Notes: a model not told the origin generated them from the sequence alone. A DNA stretch of 64,000 nucleotides from a virus (IMGVR_UViG_3300031857_000007); one strand, 5' to 3'; positions 14,701-21,091 are shown, counted from the stretch's first letter. Translations and numbers: made by a program.

Positions 14701-14743
14701 GATTTTCAACAATAGAGTTGATTTTGATTCTTGTATCTGCCAT
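2780..14743 (-). CDS. gp7: Baseplate wedge initiator gp7-like giant protein
   Basis: 3987 aa with N-terminal QLPLFVRDEYP and FYTSKGTDQSYKILFKALYG, many GxGY beta-repeats and an IIGWAYDGNPIYGPYG (YHYH-like) segment; sits between gp6 and gp8. Confidence 0.75.
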   Translation of the reverse strand: MADTRIKINSIVENQLPLFVRDEYPLVAEFLSQYYKSLDAKGGVSDILQNIDQYVKLENLTNLTDSTVLINDIDSLGDVIEVESTYGFPDSYGLIQIDSEIITYTGITTNQFVGCARGFSGITTYQGNTNLDQLIFSQSGIATHASGSTVSNLSIRFLKDFFNKIKKQVVPGFEGREFYENLNEELFITNSKDFYTSKGTDQSYKILFKALYGVDVEVIKPKDYLIEPSNAQYRVVRNLVVESLEGEDLSELLNRTIYQEQGDLYNGANGVVNNIEKILRDGKEYYVLSLDYDYQKDIGLNGSIFGEFSIHPRTKILNNVSIGATFIDVDSTVSFPTEAILYTKLDNGTTVSIGYSGKSLTQLYNCYGIDQNIPAGSDLNVDAYAYGYGKNNQIIKFRVTGVLSDLDIIDNTYYFAKNDTVRIKTLGYDSKKFRDNNWIFNICPSYTIKSLDLIDSTDYTYRLATIDQNIFNIGDILELLLTDGSIIKTTIYSIENRNSCIIKGQGLIPPTNLIVNVKKSLSRVNSTNQPELSLYTTNIQNVYTDLDSTFVTSPSLPTYHEEPLNINDLSVTFSGSFSGEELRIVRHGFYTGEAIWYNESDENNRLDILNGIYYVKKIDEDTIKLSKSRSNIDNNKFVSVNGTVVNNKFEYYKFNSQKVEPQKIIRKISDPEDDGNIYETLPGAIGILVNGVEVLNYKSSDSIFYGELEEIIVSGGGYDYDVVNPPILQITDKIGVGATGFCSVVGTLERIDIIDPGFDYISEPIITISGLNGQEATAKATLTSFEHYVDFNSSSNANMVDLSNNTIAFSTYHKFRDSERVIYRTDKQQSVGGLTTDSQYYVYVEDAYTVKLHKTQNDAIIGINTVNLTSYGIGNHRFRSYSPKNRIGFINILNAGYNFTNRKISVTRSGINTYSNEISAKNHGYNEGDIITYESINPIGGLSTSKKYFVSKIDDDKFKLSEVGIGSTLSRYFYETNQFVNLTSNNDDNHYFNYPPIEILINGVIGVSTKSGQDFNAKIRPIILGEIKSVFLDSGGVGYGCSDIIGYNRQPQITLVNGDGAEITPIVSNGKIVDVLVNNSGANYNSTPEIIYYGDGYSSLMTPIINDGKLTEVKVINGGVGFNTSNTTAIVLSRGQEAKFEAKIKEWTINLFEKLYQNNKISNDDGIVDSGLNSDYGLQYTHIYSPRSLRKTLLSSRFVDGNLNYTPDLILINDKEVKSSSHSPIIGWAYDGNPIYGPYGFTKVGSRSGTVKQMISGYEIIQNLPTTRPSLDLYPKGFFVQDYEFKAKGDLDEYNGRWCITPEYPNGVYAYFSTINSDTVESSGVFKNYKKPEFPYLIGNKFRSKPIEYNFTRYANQDSIDLSGTYWFRNTTPYGLTNENTFYDYLIKPSNIQNQTSKIKFATKGAVESVGIVSGGINYNVGDLVVFDNTETGGRGASARVSLVKGNEIQEISCSTNKIENIEFSPYLTLGSFIGFSSLPHGFKNSDYVYITGINTTTTSLKNLYEVGVRSETFKLISGIGSAAATGIVTYFNISGSLIYPNIRENDVLGIGTEKVKVLSVDIKSSRIKVLRQYDNTVGSAHTSLTPLYENSRKFTINVGYNTSNQYRVNREIYFNPSESLGIGITGTYTAYISNPGSGSSTVTIPVRSIYYENHGLETGDRLVYFSNGGTPVSVSTNGSSSFQLLDNQIVYSVRINNDLIGISTLKVGVGSTGTYVGIDSSKPTSILYFTGIGTGTIHSFRTNYDNVVIGSGIKNIVTISTASTHGLNIKDSVYINSSPGISTTIVVKYNDYNRRLIVNPRSFVSSDVDIVNDIITINNHGYNNGQKIIHTSTSPCTGLTNEQIYYAVVLDENKIKLSENYYESVSSKPSIVSIGSSSFGTLSPINPELAILKGSSVIFDLSDSSLSYSKNSTLYPAFELNFYLDKNFKNKFETSQLSNEFEIYREGVVGIDPTANVKINATQNFPQTIYYKLDVVNIDNIPVEKSQIIIDAEYIKEGNTIYRYESEYTGTYKISGIGSTTFSFSMPTVPEKNIYRKNEGLFEYYTDSKTSYGEIYALDVDTTGSQYEKLPGISTIVSEKGTGAVLLPYSSSIGQVKTSIINDIGYDYYADTTIRPLAKLPEILKISTLTSFEKIGITSAGINYAVSPDLLVIDGLTRKIVDDVDLFYKVGDTEVTILKNTTGISNVPPIIIPVNNCNGVGISSIGYNPLTNYVTVGLAVSYSNASDFPFSVGDKVLIENISVGLGSTGRGYNSSQYSYGLFPVVAVSPNIGGINATVTYDLTEYISSGQVPGRYDPINSKGRIIPEKHFPKFDAILSKNNFIKGETVVSDDSIGIVENWDQKNEILKVSTNKEFYTNTVLRGLSSKSQGLISNKESFEATYEIDSSSIVTKGWERQTGFLNSSLQKIHDNDYYQYFSYSLKSEIPYETWNTPVSNLNHVVGYKKFSDLVIETRDLDYVGIQTSQDNGDFYGICDFSSTINLNHIYDYDLVFEETINNDNNIISTDIVFTSKEIQDYLQSIGNRVLEIDDFSDTFKSVPRSTPFSIVDTFRMNDSRSRKYITYVRDKRFSSDRQILLVSLLYDNDFGYLNQYGRVESYLEDLGSFDFTVNGDEGNLLFYPSKYTVNDYNISLLSFNLKDDVTATSTSYFGDIIRLSTSNVNASSSTPSTIVSIASTYRSTKILVQIESNNDIYEYDELTAIHDGTNVDLLEYGQITNHSRNAYASSGLGTYNAYLSGPGLIVEFIPNPGVAATINTMAISFAANTSGSVGTGTAILSTSSLSSNYVSIASTSAPTQNLVSSYSSDYSGAYYIASVEDTTNSRYQISELVVVDETVFNTTSITEFGIVETHSGLGTFGSDISGNQTNLYFTPNPNINAQVRIFQVAMKPLDEGIATNNIDLNNGFIKSNYGSYEGTERDVRRSFELTSSGREIFKRYFDGTDSSVVNITNNTIRIPEHYFVTGEELQYSSPGIGNTQSIGITTAISIPGIGITNKLPGSIYAIKVSDLDIRVAASATDALKAVPIPLQLNSLGIGTVHSFTSKRQNSRVLVTIDNVIQSPIVGSSITTTCAKTVEIVDDRVKFSGITSFFSDDLIMVDDEIMRLNTVGLGSTNIVQVQRGWMGTNIGIHTVGSLIKKILGDYNIVGNTINFFKAPYGKSPIGTDSNRPDDRDYTGITTHSTFSGRSFMRSSATNSTSDPYSKNYIFDDISEGFTGIKSTFTLRSEGKNISGISSDNAVILINQIFQGPQRLGVVDIVGDYTLTENAGITSITFNGSYDPDDITSTNLPFGGQIVSVGSTKGFGYQPLVAAGGTAIVSSAGTISAISIGNSGSGYRSGIQTTVNVGVYTESLTSTNITYVGFASVSNGNIVRVSITNPGIGYTSSNPPKVIFDSPLSYSNIPLVYSTNSTPGFGTGATISIVVGQGSSIIDFEIQNNGYGYGQGEKLTIEYGGSTGIPTDITKNLQPFELSIDRIYNDQFNGWSLGSFQVIDNIDELFDGQVNTFPIKIDGVQQSIRSKKGSNINVESTLLVFINDILQTPGQSYIFEGGSIIKFVEAPRAGDTSKILFYKGTEGVDVVSVDILETVKVGDQLRIYSEDLSLNQTNRLVTRVNSSDSVLTNPYSNIGVSSNRNLLRPVIWCRQTEDVIIDGIQISKNREWYEPLVNPSTNIIQSVGVGSTFIFVESVKSFFDSAKENTSSSIYYTVKLTSQDQKVSAASTAIVSIAGTISSINITSGGIGYSTNPTVTIANPVGLGTTLRASANAFISAGVVTSIQINYGGIGYTTTNPPVVLIEDPEPISEIIEYVSYEGDFGRIVGVATTSVVGVASTAIAFDFYIPQNSILRNSSIVGTAITISGISTGYYFVVNKSNVGNGVTSLRRDKSIVGVGTEFLDNVYEVISVSNVTRSIPGIGVTYVSRVITSVSSYNGLTGIANTGYYGNYSWGKVSTNSRTNPTAFNSYNNNGTTGLSTNPILIRLNPLRYFNYNS

Positions 14744-14746
14744 TTC

Positions 14747-16699
14747 TTATAATCTTACTAAGTTCCCTGTGTCGTAGCTTGATGTAACTATGTATGTTGT
14801 GCCAGTATAGGATGTATTTTTGTATGGAAGGTTGAGATCAGAAATATCTGATCCAGATGCAATTTCATCCTTTAAGGTAGTAATGAAACTATTATTGACA
14901 TCCAACTGTAAATATAAATCTTTTAATCCTATCACATCATTTGATAATGGTATTGCGGATATTTCAATAATTGGTCTTCCTTCAAAGTTCTTTGAAGTGC
15001 CAACAATATTAACTGGATTTAGAAAAATTTCTCCTTTTAAATAATCTATTTTACCTACAGATTTTTTAATCGTTGAAGATTGAGTATCTGAATCCAATCT
15101 AAAGAAAAACAAAGAACCATATCTACCATCAGTCCCCGAATCTGGAATATCTGCCAGATATACAGTCCCTGTTATTCCTGCAATTTCAAATCCAGAAGAT
15201 TTAATATTGTATCCATTTCCACCCTCAACATAAAATTGATTTCCAAAACATATTTCATATTCTGCCAAAGAATTTAATGTTGGACTTAAATCTCGTCTTA
15301 TTTGAATTCTTGTAATATTTGAGGTAATAGATTGATCTGAATTATCAATTATTTTTAGGAATTTGCTATACTTAAATTTTGCACCATATTTATTCAATTC
15401 CGAAGAATTTGCATATTCATTAATGTTATTAAGTACGCCCGTAGAAATATTACTTGGACTTGAAGAGAAATTAGTATTATAGTAAATTCTACTGTCAAAT
15501 TCAACATAAAGATATTTTAGGTCTAAAATTTCTGGAACTATTCCTGCTACACTATATTTTCTCAAGGAGGATATGATATTATCTTTGATTGAGTTTGGTA
15601 CAAATGCTCCGTTAGTTGGTTTTATAGTTATAAAAACTTTTCCATATTCTGGAGGATCTAAATTTTCACCCCCAAAAGCAGAAACTGATTCTGCTTCAGG
15701 ATAAATTTGAGGTACAATCGCTTCATAATCTGCAGCAGTTACAGCCCTATTTTGTGCTGCATATATTCTAGGAGCATATTTTTTAATCGAATTAATAGAT
15801 TCAATATCCTTTCCTCCCGCTGCTGACTGATCTGTTGTTAGATCTGATATATCGCTAGTTATAGTATTTCCTTCATTATCAATGATTCTTCCTGCAAAAG
15901 TGAAGTTACTTAGACCATTTGCCGAAGGTCCATTGGTAACAATATATGAAACTTCAATATAATTATTTGCAGATAGCTTTTTGCCAAAAATACCATCTCC
16001 AAATACCAATTCATATCTTTGATCTTCTATTTCTTGAATAAAGAAAACCTTTGATTCTGGACCAATATCAAATAAACTATCCGACAAATTATATTTTGTT
16101 GATGACGATGAATTCTGATTGTCTCTTACCTGAACACTTATTAGAGAAGAGTCAATATTTGCATTATTTAAAATAAATTTTTGATTTGGATTTAAAGAAT
16201 CTACTGTAAAATTAGAGGTTAGGTAGGTTCCTTCATAAATTTCAACATCTGAAAAAAATGCTATTTTATTTACAACTGGAACAGTGATATCATTTAATAT
16301 ACTAAAAGTGTAACTTTCTCTGCCAAAGGAAGTTGGTGTAGAGCAAACAATTCCTCTTTTTAAAGTTAAAGTCACAGGATTAAATGATAATTCTGTGGTA
16401 TCTACAAAAAAACTTATTTTAGATCTTGGGGAAATTCTAGATTTTGGTATATATCCAATATTTTTCGCAAGAGATACTACATTCTCTCGCAAAGTTGCAC
16501 TATCGATAAAAATTTCATTACTTATCATATTGGCATTATACGAAGAAATGTACGTATTATATGCCAATATATCTAAGATAATAGACAGATTAGATCCTTC
16601 GAAATCATAATCAGTAAAATTCGAGTTCAATCTAAGATAATCCTTTATTGAACTCTTAATATCGTTGAAATCTAAATTTGTAAAATTGACTAATGCCAT
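14747..16699 (-). CDS. gp6: Baseplate wedge subunit gp6
   Basis: LDFNDIKSSIKDYL, DYDFEGSNLSIILDILAYNTY and AQNRAVTAADY are gp6 motifs. Confidence 0.92.
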   Translation of the reverse strand: MALVNFTNLDFNDIKSSIKDYLRLNSNFTDYDFEGSNLSIILDILAYNTYISSYNANMISNEIFIDSATLRENVVSLAKNIGYIPKSRISPRSKISFFVDTTELSFNPVTLTLKRGIVCSTPTSFGRESYTFSILNDITVPVVNKIAFFSDVEIYEGTYLTSNFTVDSLNPNQKFILNNANIDSSLISVQVRDNQNSSSSTKYNLSDSLFDIGPESKVFFIQEIEDQRYELVFGDGIFGKKLSANNYIEVSYIVTNGPSANGLSNFTFAGRIIDNEGNTITSDISDLTTDQSAAGGKDIESINSIKKYAPRIYAAQNRAVTAADYEAIVPQIYPEAESVSAFGGENLDPPEYGKVFITIKPTNGAFVPNSIKDNIISSLRKYSVAGIVPEILDLKYLYVEFDSRIYYNTNFSSSPSNISTGVLNNINEYANSSELNKYGAKFKYSKFLKIIDNSDQSITSNITRIQIRRDLSPTLNSLAEYEICFGNQFYVEGGNGYNIKSSGFEIAGITGTVYLADIPDSGTDGRYGSLFFFRLDSDTQSSTIKKSVGKIDYLKGEIFLNPVNIVGTSKNFEGRPIIEISAIPLSNDVIGLKDLYLQLDVNNSFITTLKDEIASGSDISDLNLPYKNTSYTGTTYIVTSSYDTGNLVRL

Positions 16700-17101
16700 T
16701 TATCGTGACTGCTGTAATGCAAATGATAGTTGCTGAGGTAATGCCTCTATACCAATAATATAATATTTTATGACCACATTAAATTCATTGTTATCATAAT
16801 TTGGTGTAATATCAATACCTATTAAACTAACTCTAGGTTCATTATTTTTGATTGTAAGTTCAATTTCGCTTTTTAATATTGAAGCAGATATCTCATCAAT
16901 GTTTTCAAAGAGTAAACGCGATACTTTTGATCCAAATGTTTCATTAAAAAATTTTTCGCCCGTTCCATATAAAACTAAATTTCTAACGGATCGAGCGATT
17001 GCGGTTTCATTTTTAATTGTGAGAAGATCATAGTTCAGGGGACTCACCTGAAACGAAAGACTTATATCTTTAAATCCCTTTGAAATTCTTTCGACAGGCA
17101 T
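16700..17101 (-). CDS. gp25: Baseplate wedge subunit gp25
   Basis: 133 aa with AIARSVRNLV...GEKFFNETFGS and IKNNEPRV (GPW/gp25 family); directly upstream of gp6. Confidence 0.9.
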   Translation of the reverse strand: MPVERISKGFKDISLSFQVSPLNYDLLTIKNETAIARSVRNLVLYGTGEKFFNETFGSKVSRLLFENIDEISASILKSEIELTIKNNEPRVSLIGIDITPNYDNNEFNVVIKYYIIGIEALPQQLSFALQQSR

Positions 17102-17146
17102 TTATAATATTAAAGTTTATAAATTCTGTATTATTTAGAGACTTTT

Positions 17147-17392
17147 TTACATTCCTATTATTGGTTCTGTACCATATTCCCAGTCATCATAGTCTTCATC
17201 ATTTCTTATTTTTGAGTGAATTTCATTTTGATGAAAGAAATCATGCTTTTTGGGTGTGAGGTCATCATTTGCAATTTCTCTAAGCATTTTTTGCTTATTG
17301 ATTTTAGATTCCCAACCATATTCTGAGGACAAATACTGAGTTCCCCACTCATTTTTCATGAAATTTTGATCTTTATCGACTTGTTTGGTCAT
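17147..17392 (-). CDS. Hypothetical protein
   Basis: 81 aa with an AGGAG ribosome-binding site upstream; collinear with its neighbours. Confidence 0.7.
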   Translation of the reverse strand: MTKQVDKDQNFMKNEWGTQYLSSEYGWESKINKQKMLREIANDDLTPKKHDFFHQNEIHSKIRNDEDYDDWEYGTEPIIGM

Positions 17393-17897
17393 TTTTTTGC
17401 TCCTGATCTGTTAAATCAGAACTTTTTACGGGGTTGCTATCCCGTTTTTCAATCAAATCGTAGTCATCTTCAAGAATTTCTTTTAGATAATCATTATCCC
17501 ACATATTATAATATTCACTTTTAGCAAGATTTTCTCTGAATTTACGTAATTTGTCCGTTGGTTGTCCTAGAATTAAATTATATTTTCCGTTATTCGTTTG
17601 AATTCCTTTAATGTATGTTTTATATGCGCCACAATCTTCAAAAAATTTCCACTTTTCATGTTTTTGATTATAATAATCTACCCAAAATTGAACAGTATCC
17701 AAATCAAAATAGTCTTCTATGATATAAATGATAACTTGATAACCTTCAATTGGTATAATATCTTCTGCGGAGCACTCTATGATCTTAAATTTTGAGTTTG
17801 CTGCAAAAGGACAAATTGCAAATCCATTCAATTCTGGACGAACTTTTGATACTTCCTTTATCCAATTTAAGATATAAAGTTCTTTATCTGAAAACAT
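17373..17897 (-). CDS. Hypothetical protein with CPFA motif
   Basis: 174 aa; late-promoter-like CTTAAATA just upstream. Confidence 0.65.
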   Translation of the reverse strand: MFSDKELYILNWIKEVSKVRPELNGFAICPFAANSKFKIIECSAEDIIPIEGYQVIIYIIEDYFDLDTVQFWVDYYNQKHEKWKFFEDCGAYKTYIKGIQTNNGKYNLILGQPTDKLRKFRENLAKSEYYNMWDNDYLKEILEDDYDLIEKRDSNPVKSSDLTDQEQKNDQTSR

Positions 17898-17931
17898 AAA
17901 AAAAGAGTGCTTATTTCTATTTAAGCACTCT
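17898..17931 (-). terminator. Intrinsic terminator with a nested late promoter
   Basis: Minus strand reads AGAGTGCTTA-aatagaaa-TAAGCACTCT-TTTTTTT: a 10-bp stem plus U-tract, containing CTTAAATA. Confidence 0.65.
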
Positions 17932-17938
17932 AAAAAAA

Positions 17939-18079
17939 TTATTTACCTTGTCCCCGATACTTCTTCTTACGTCCATTACGAGAAGTTGGTGAAAGTAATG
18001 TACGAGGAGAACGCCCCTGACGAGTTTTCTTGGGTGCTCCTGGTTCAAAGATTACCTTATTGTTTCCACCTTTAGCCAT
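17939..18079 (-). CDS. Small basic protein (46 aa)
   Basis: Manual translation: MAKGGNNKVIFEPGAPKKTRQGRSPRTLLSPTSRNGRKKKYRGQGK; GGAGG RBS upstream. Confidence 0.7.
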   Translation of the reverse strand: MAKGGNNKVIFEPGAPKKTRQGRSPRTLLSPTSRNGRKKKYRGQGK

Positions 18080-18235
18080 TTAAATTTCCTCCAGTTCAAT
18101 ATCAATAGGATCAAAAGACTTTTCCTCATAGAAGTTTTCGGAAAAATCTTGAAGAACCTCAGTACATTCTTCAATACTGAGGTTCGAATAAATTTTACGA
18201 CCTTTATAAAGGATATTGTAAAATTTTGTAGTCAT
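18080..18235 (-). CDS. Hypothetical protein (51 aa, probable start MTTKFY)
   Basis: ATG overlaps the upstream stop codon. Confidence 0.6.
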   Translation of the reverse strand: MTTKFYNILYKGRKIYSNLSIEECTEVLQDFSENFYEEKSFDPIDIELEEI

Positions 18236-19002
18236 CAGATAATACGAGTTTTTTCGTGTCCAACGCGAATTCGAGGATCGCACCAAATCTTAAATCCTTT
18301 CTCAATAGCGTCAAGACAGAACGAAACGTCTTCACCACACATATCTTGAACTTGCCCAGATTCAAAGACTTGCATCTTAGGAGCAAACCAAGGATATTCG
18401 AGATTTTCGAAGACTCCATTTTTAATCAGAACCCAACCAAATCCAGTGTAGTCAACAGTAAAAGGCTTACGACGCTTTGAGATTGATTCTACAGTCTCAT
18501 GATTCATGACTCCACCATTCTTACGGAAGTCGTCTTCCTCTAACCAGTGAGCCACTGAGGTTGTGTGCCCGTCTTCAGTTGCATACCAACCAGCAGAAAT
18601 AGGACGTTCCTCACCTTCTGCAGGAAATGCAAGGTCACAAAGTTGCCAGAATTTTTCTGAGTTAAAAACAATGTCATTATCAATCCATAGTTGATAATCA
18701 TATTGTAGTTTTCCATCCCAGGGAACTTGGTTTGGACCTCGGAGAACATTTGCGCCGAGAACTTTACACCTTGCAAAATTAACCATAGATGAGTAATCCT
18801 GAGAAATCTGGATACTCATTTCATTCTTTACTAGATCAAAGCATAGTTGTACGAATGACTTGAGGAATGTATAAGAACAACCTCTTCCAGGAAGACAAAA
18901 AACAATTGACTTCCCTCGCATTCTTTCTCTAATAGCATCATAATCCCACTCTTCAGTCTTGGTCTTAGGTGCTACCGTTTTAACAGTGAATCCTTTTGCC
19001 AT
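18235..19002 (-). CDS. Glycosyltransferase-A-fold-like protein
   Basis: YDYQLWIDNDIVF (DxD-like motif), YTGFGWVLIKNGVF, GEDVSFC and DPRIRVGHEK. Confidence 0.65.
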   Translation of the reverse strand: MAKGFTVKTVAPKTKTEEWDYDAIRERMRGKSIVFCLPGRGCSYTFLKSFVQLCFDLVKNEMSIQISQDYSSMVNFARCKVLGANVLRGPNQVPWDGKLQYDYQLWIDNDIVFNSEKFWQLCDLAFPAEGEERPISAGWYATEDGHTTSVAHWLEEDDFRKNGGVMNHETVESISKRRKPFTVDYTGFGWVLIKNGVFENLEYPWFAPKMQVFESGQVQDMCGEDVSFCLDAIEKGFKIWCDPRIRVGHEKTRII

Positions 19003-19026
19003 AAGTTTTAGTAACCTTCAAAATCA

Positions 19027-19055
19027 ATTTTATCGTCTTATTTAGTGTTTGTCAA
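19027..19055 (-). promoter_or_regulatory. Sigma70-type promoter with a nested T4-late-like promoter
   Basis: TTGACA-17 nt-TAAAAT, with CTAAATA inside the spacer. Confidence 0.7.
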
Positions 19056-19068
19056 TCTAAGAGGCCCC

Positions 19069-19260
19069 TCAAAAAGAAGAAGCGTTTATTATTTCTTTGT
19101 TAATTGCAAGTTCTTCATATTGTAGATCTTCTTTCTTAAATTTTACGTCAAGAACCTCAATCATTCTGTGCATCATTTCCCAGGTCTCCTCAAATTTGTT
19201 CTTTGGGAGATTGTGATATATGCACTTACCCTTTGCATATATGTGATATACTTTATCCAT
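19069..19260 (-). CDS. Hypothetical protein
   Basis: 63 aa ORF, collinear. Confidence 0.6.
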   Translation of the reverse strand: MDKVYHIYAKGKCIYHNLPKNKFEETWEMMHRMIEVLDVKFKKEDLQYEELAINKEIINASSF

Positions 19261-19590
19261 CTGAATAATATTTGAACGGCTTTCGCGTCGGTCCCATTAT
19301 ATATTCACTCACGGGATAGAAGTATTTTTACGGTTTCCTTTACACACAGCAAAATATACTCGAATTGCTCTCCGAGGGTCGTTTTATAATCGGAAATTTT
19401 TTTATCAGAAAATGGTTTATTCTCCACTTTTACCCTCCGGAAATTTTTTTAAGTATAATAACACTCTCGCTTTTTGTCACCTCTGTAGGTTAGGGTAGTT
19501 AACAATTTTTATAACGGGGGGCACGGCGGGGCGGGGGCGGCGGACCGCGCCCCATACAACTGCCCATCACGAACATGCCACTAACGAAGA

Positions 19591-19929
19591 TCAGACCCCA
19601 CGCCGCTCTAAGGCAGCGGAGCGGCGATCTGCGGCATACTGTGCTTTGGCACGGGCAACCACAGAATCAAGATCGCGAACCATCTCCTTACCGATTCCAC
19701 AAACGCGGGTCAGGGTCACACCCTTACCAGCACCCGCAACGGTGTCGCCAGTGGATCCGAAATCACCACCGCGAACGTTACCGATCGCTGCCCCTCTACC
19801 ATGCTGCGATTGACGCTGCCAGGTCTCACCCTTGCGAGCGTGGCGAGTGGGCAGGCGGCGGTAGGAAATTTCACCACGGCAGTCTGCCAGCAGGAGGTCA
19901 AGGCGGTTGGCGGTTTGAGCGTTGATCAT
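19591..19929 (-). CDS. Early hypothetical protein, Arg-rich (probable start MINAQT)
   Basis: ATG lies 22 nt downstream of the TACAAT -10 box; the longer start in the ORF track overlaps the promoter. Confidence 0.65.
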   Translation of the reverse strand: MINAQTANRLDLLLADCRGEISYRRLPTRHARKGETWQRQSQHGRGAAIGNVRGGDFGSTGDTVAGAGKGVTLTRVCGIGKEMVRDLDSVVARAKAQYAADRRSAALERRGV

Positions 19930-19951
19930 GGGATCGGTTGGCGACTTGTGA

Positions 19952-20009
19952 ATTGTAGCACGAAACGGGGTCACCCCCGCCCTGCGTGTGCCTCAGAGTA
20001 CTGGGCGGC
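19952..20009 (-). promoter_or_regulatory. Early promoter element, degenerate copy
   Basis: TACAAT at 19952-19957; half-site GTGCCTCA starts 30 nt away; GGGG-TGA-CCCC in the spacer. Confidence 0.5.
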
Positions 20010-20141
20010 GATGACGGTAGCGGGCACTCCCCAGTGAACGTAGGAGGAAGGGCGGGAACCGTTCTTCAGTTGATCGGCGCGGGAGATCCATTTGATCTGG
20101 CGGGTCTGGAGGTCAGAGCACATGGCGAGAGGGAAGCGCAT
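19971..20141 (-). CDS. Early hypothetical protein (56 aa)
   Basis: Manual translation MRFPLAMCSDLQTRQIKWISRADQLKNGSRPSSYVHWGVPATVIAAQYSEAHAGRG; downstream of a sigma70 promoter. Confidence 0.55.
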   Translation of the reverse strand: MRFPLAMCSDLQTRQIKWISRADQLKNGSRPSSYVHWGVPATVIAAQYSEAHAGRG

Positions 20142-20165
20142 TGGTCGTCTGTCGGTTGCTTGAGA

Positions 20166-20195
20166 ATTCTACAGGGTCAGGGGGGCAGGGGTCAA
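20166..20195 (-). promoter_or_regulatory. Sigma70-type promoter
   Basis: TTGACC-18 nt-TAGAAT; the -35 box overlaps the TGA stop of the upstream gene. Confidence 0.65.
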
Positions 20196-20374
20196 TACCC
20201 CAACCACACCAGGAACTCACCAGCGTCAACCCCGCCGAAGTCAGAGGTCGTGCCATAGTCGGTGCGGAAGTCATCCCACAGACCGTGCTGTTTGGCAGCG
20301 TGTGCCGCTTCGATCCAATAGATGGTGCCATTCTCAGGGTTGGTGATTTCAGCGATCAGGTCGGGGAAGGTCAT
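20192..20374 (-). CDS. Early hypothetical acidic protein (60 aa)
   Basis: ORF directly downstream of the promoter element at 20400-20458. Confidence 0.7.
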   Translation of the reverse strand: MTFPDLIAEITNPENGTIYWIEAAHAAKQHGLWDDFRTDYGTTSDFGGVDAGEFLVWLGY

Positions 20375-20399
20375 CGGTTGCCTTGCGGTTGACTCTGTA

Positions 20400-20458
20400 A
20401 TTCTACAGGGTCAGGAGCGCGATCCACAGGCGGCGGGGGACACTTGGCAAATTGTCTC
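20400..20458 (-). promoter_or_regulatory. Early promoter element
   Basis: TAGAAT at 20400-20405; palindrome GGGACACT-tggcaa-ATTGTCTC at 20437-20458; gap 31 nt. Confidence 0.65.
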
Positions 20459-20566
20459 TGCCTGCTTCTCTTGATATGAATTAATTGTGGCAGTGGCAGA
20501 CTGTACAAAAGTGGAGGCAATTGCAATGCAGAAGATTGCAAACATTGAAGGGAGAATTGCTCGCAT
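20411..20566 (-). CDS. Small predicted membrane/secreted protein (51 aa)
   Basis: Manual translation MRAILPSMFAIFCIAIASTFVQSATATINSYQEKQAETICQVSPAACGSRS; hydrophobic N-terminus. Confidence 0.5.
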   Translation of the reverse strand: MRAILPSMFAIFCIAIASTFVQSATATINSYQEKQAETICQVSPAACGSRS

Positions 20567-20590
20567 TGTACTTATAAAATTAATGTCAGA

Positions 20591-20758
20591 TCAGAATTGA
20601 ATCGCGGTCAAAGTAGGGGCACTGATTGAAGCATAATGTGCGGCACAATCGTTGATGTTCTCCTGTTCAATGTCGCTGGTGATAGTTTCCAGAATCTGGA
20701 GAATGTCGGATCCGTTGTTACCTTGACGCAGAAGGGAAAGAGCCAGTTCGCGGGACAT
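20591..20758 (-). CDS. Early hypothetical protein (55 aa, probable start MSRELA)
   Basis: C-terminal part of track ORF 20591..21019; the upstream part overlaps the real gene at 20823..21068. Confidence 0.55.
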   Translation of the reverse strand: MSRELALSLLRQGNNGSDILQILETITSDIEQENINDCAAHYASISAPTLTAIQF

Positions 20759-20822
20759 TTGATCAAAAAAAGTTAATGTTTGGCGGAGTCTTTTTTGGGC
20801 GCTGCCATTCCCATTGTTCAGG

Positions 20823-21068
20823 TTAGAATGCCACCAATTGATCCAGATCCCATTGTGGCACAACCTGAACCTCAGCATAGGTGCTGGCGTTCTCTGCCAG
20901 CCAAGAATTGATGTGGCGGGTGGTGGTGGCGCTCCACTTGTGCTCTGTCCGCATCCAACCCTTACCAGGCACCAGAGCGGCGACAGGGGTGGAATAGGAG
21001 AACAGAACCTCAGTGCCATCCGCGAGGGAGACTTGAGTTTTGTTGCTGCCGATGGCGGAGACTTTCAT
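20823..21068 (-). CDS. Early hypothetical protein (81 aa)
   Basis: Protein-like VLFSYSTPVAA...WSATTTRHINSWL; follows a promoter element. Confidence 0.75.
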   Translation of the reverse strand: MKVSAIGSNKTQVSLADGTEVLFSYSTPVAALVPGKGWMRTEHKWSATTTRHINSWLAENASTYAEVQVVPQWDLDQLVAF

Positions 21069-21091
21069 GGCGGGTTGCCTGAACTGAGATC

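Noticed and set aside
1831-18776. Short alternative-frame ORFs inside gp8, gp7, gp6, gp25 and the GT gene
   Set aside because: They are nested in well-supported genes and have no RBS or motifs; they are expected by chance.
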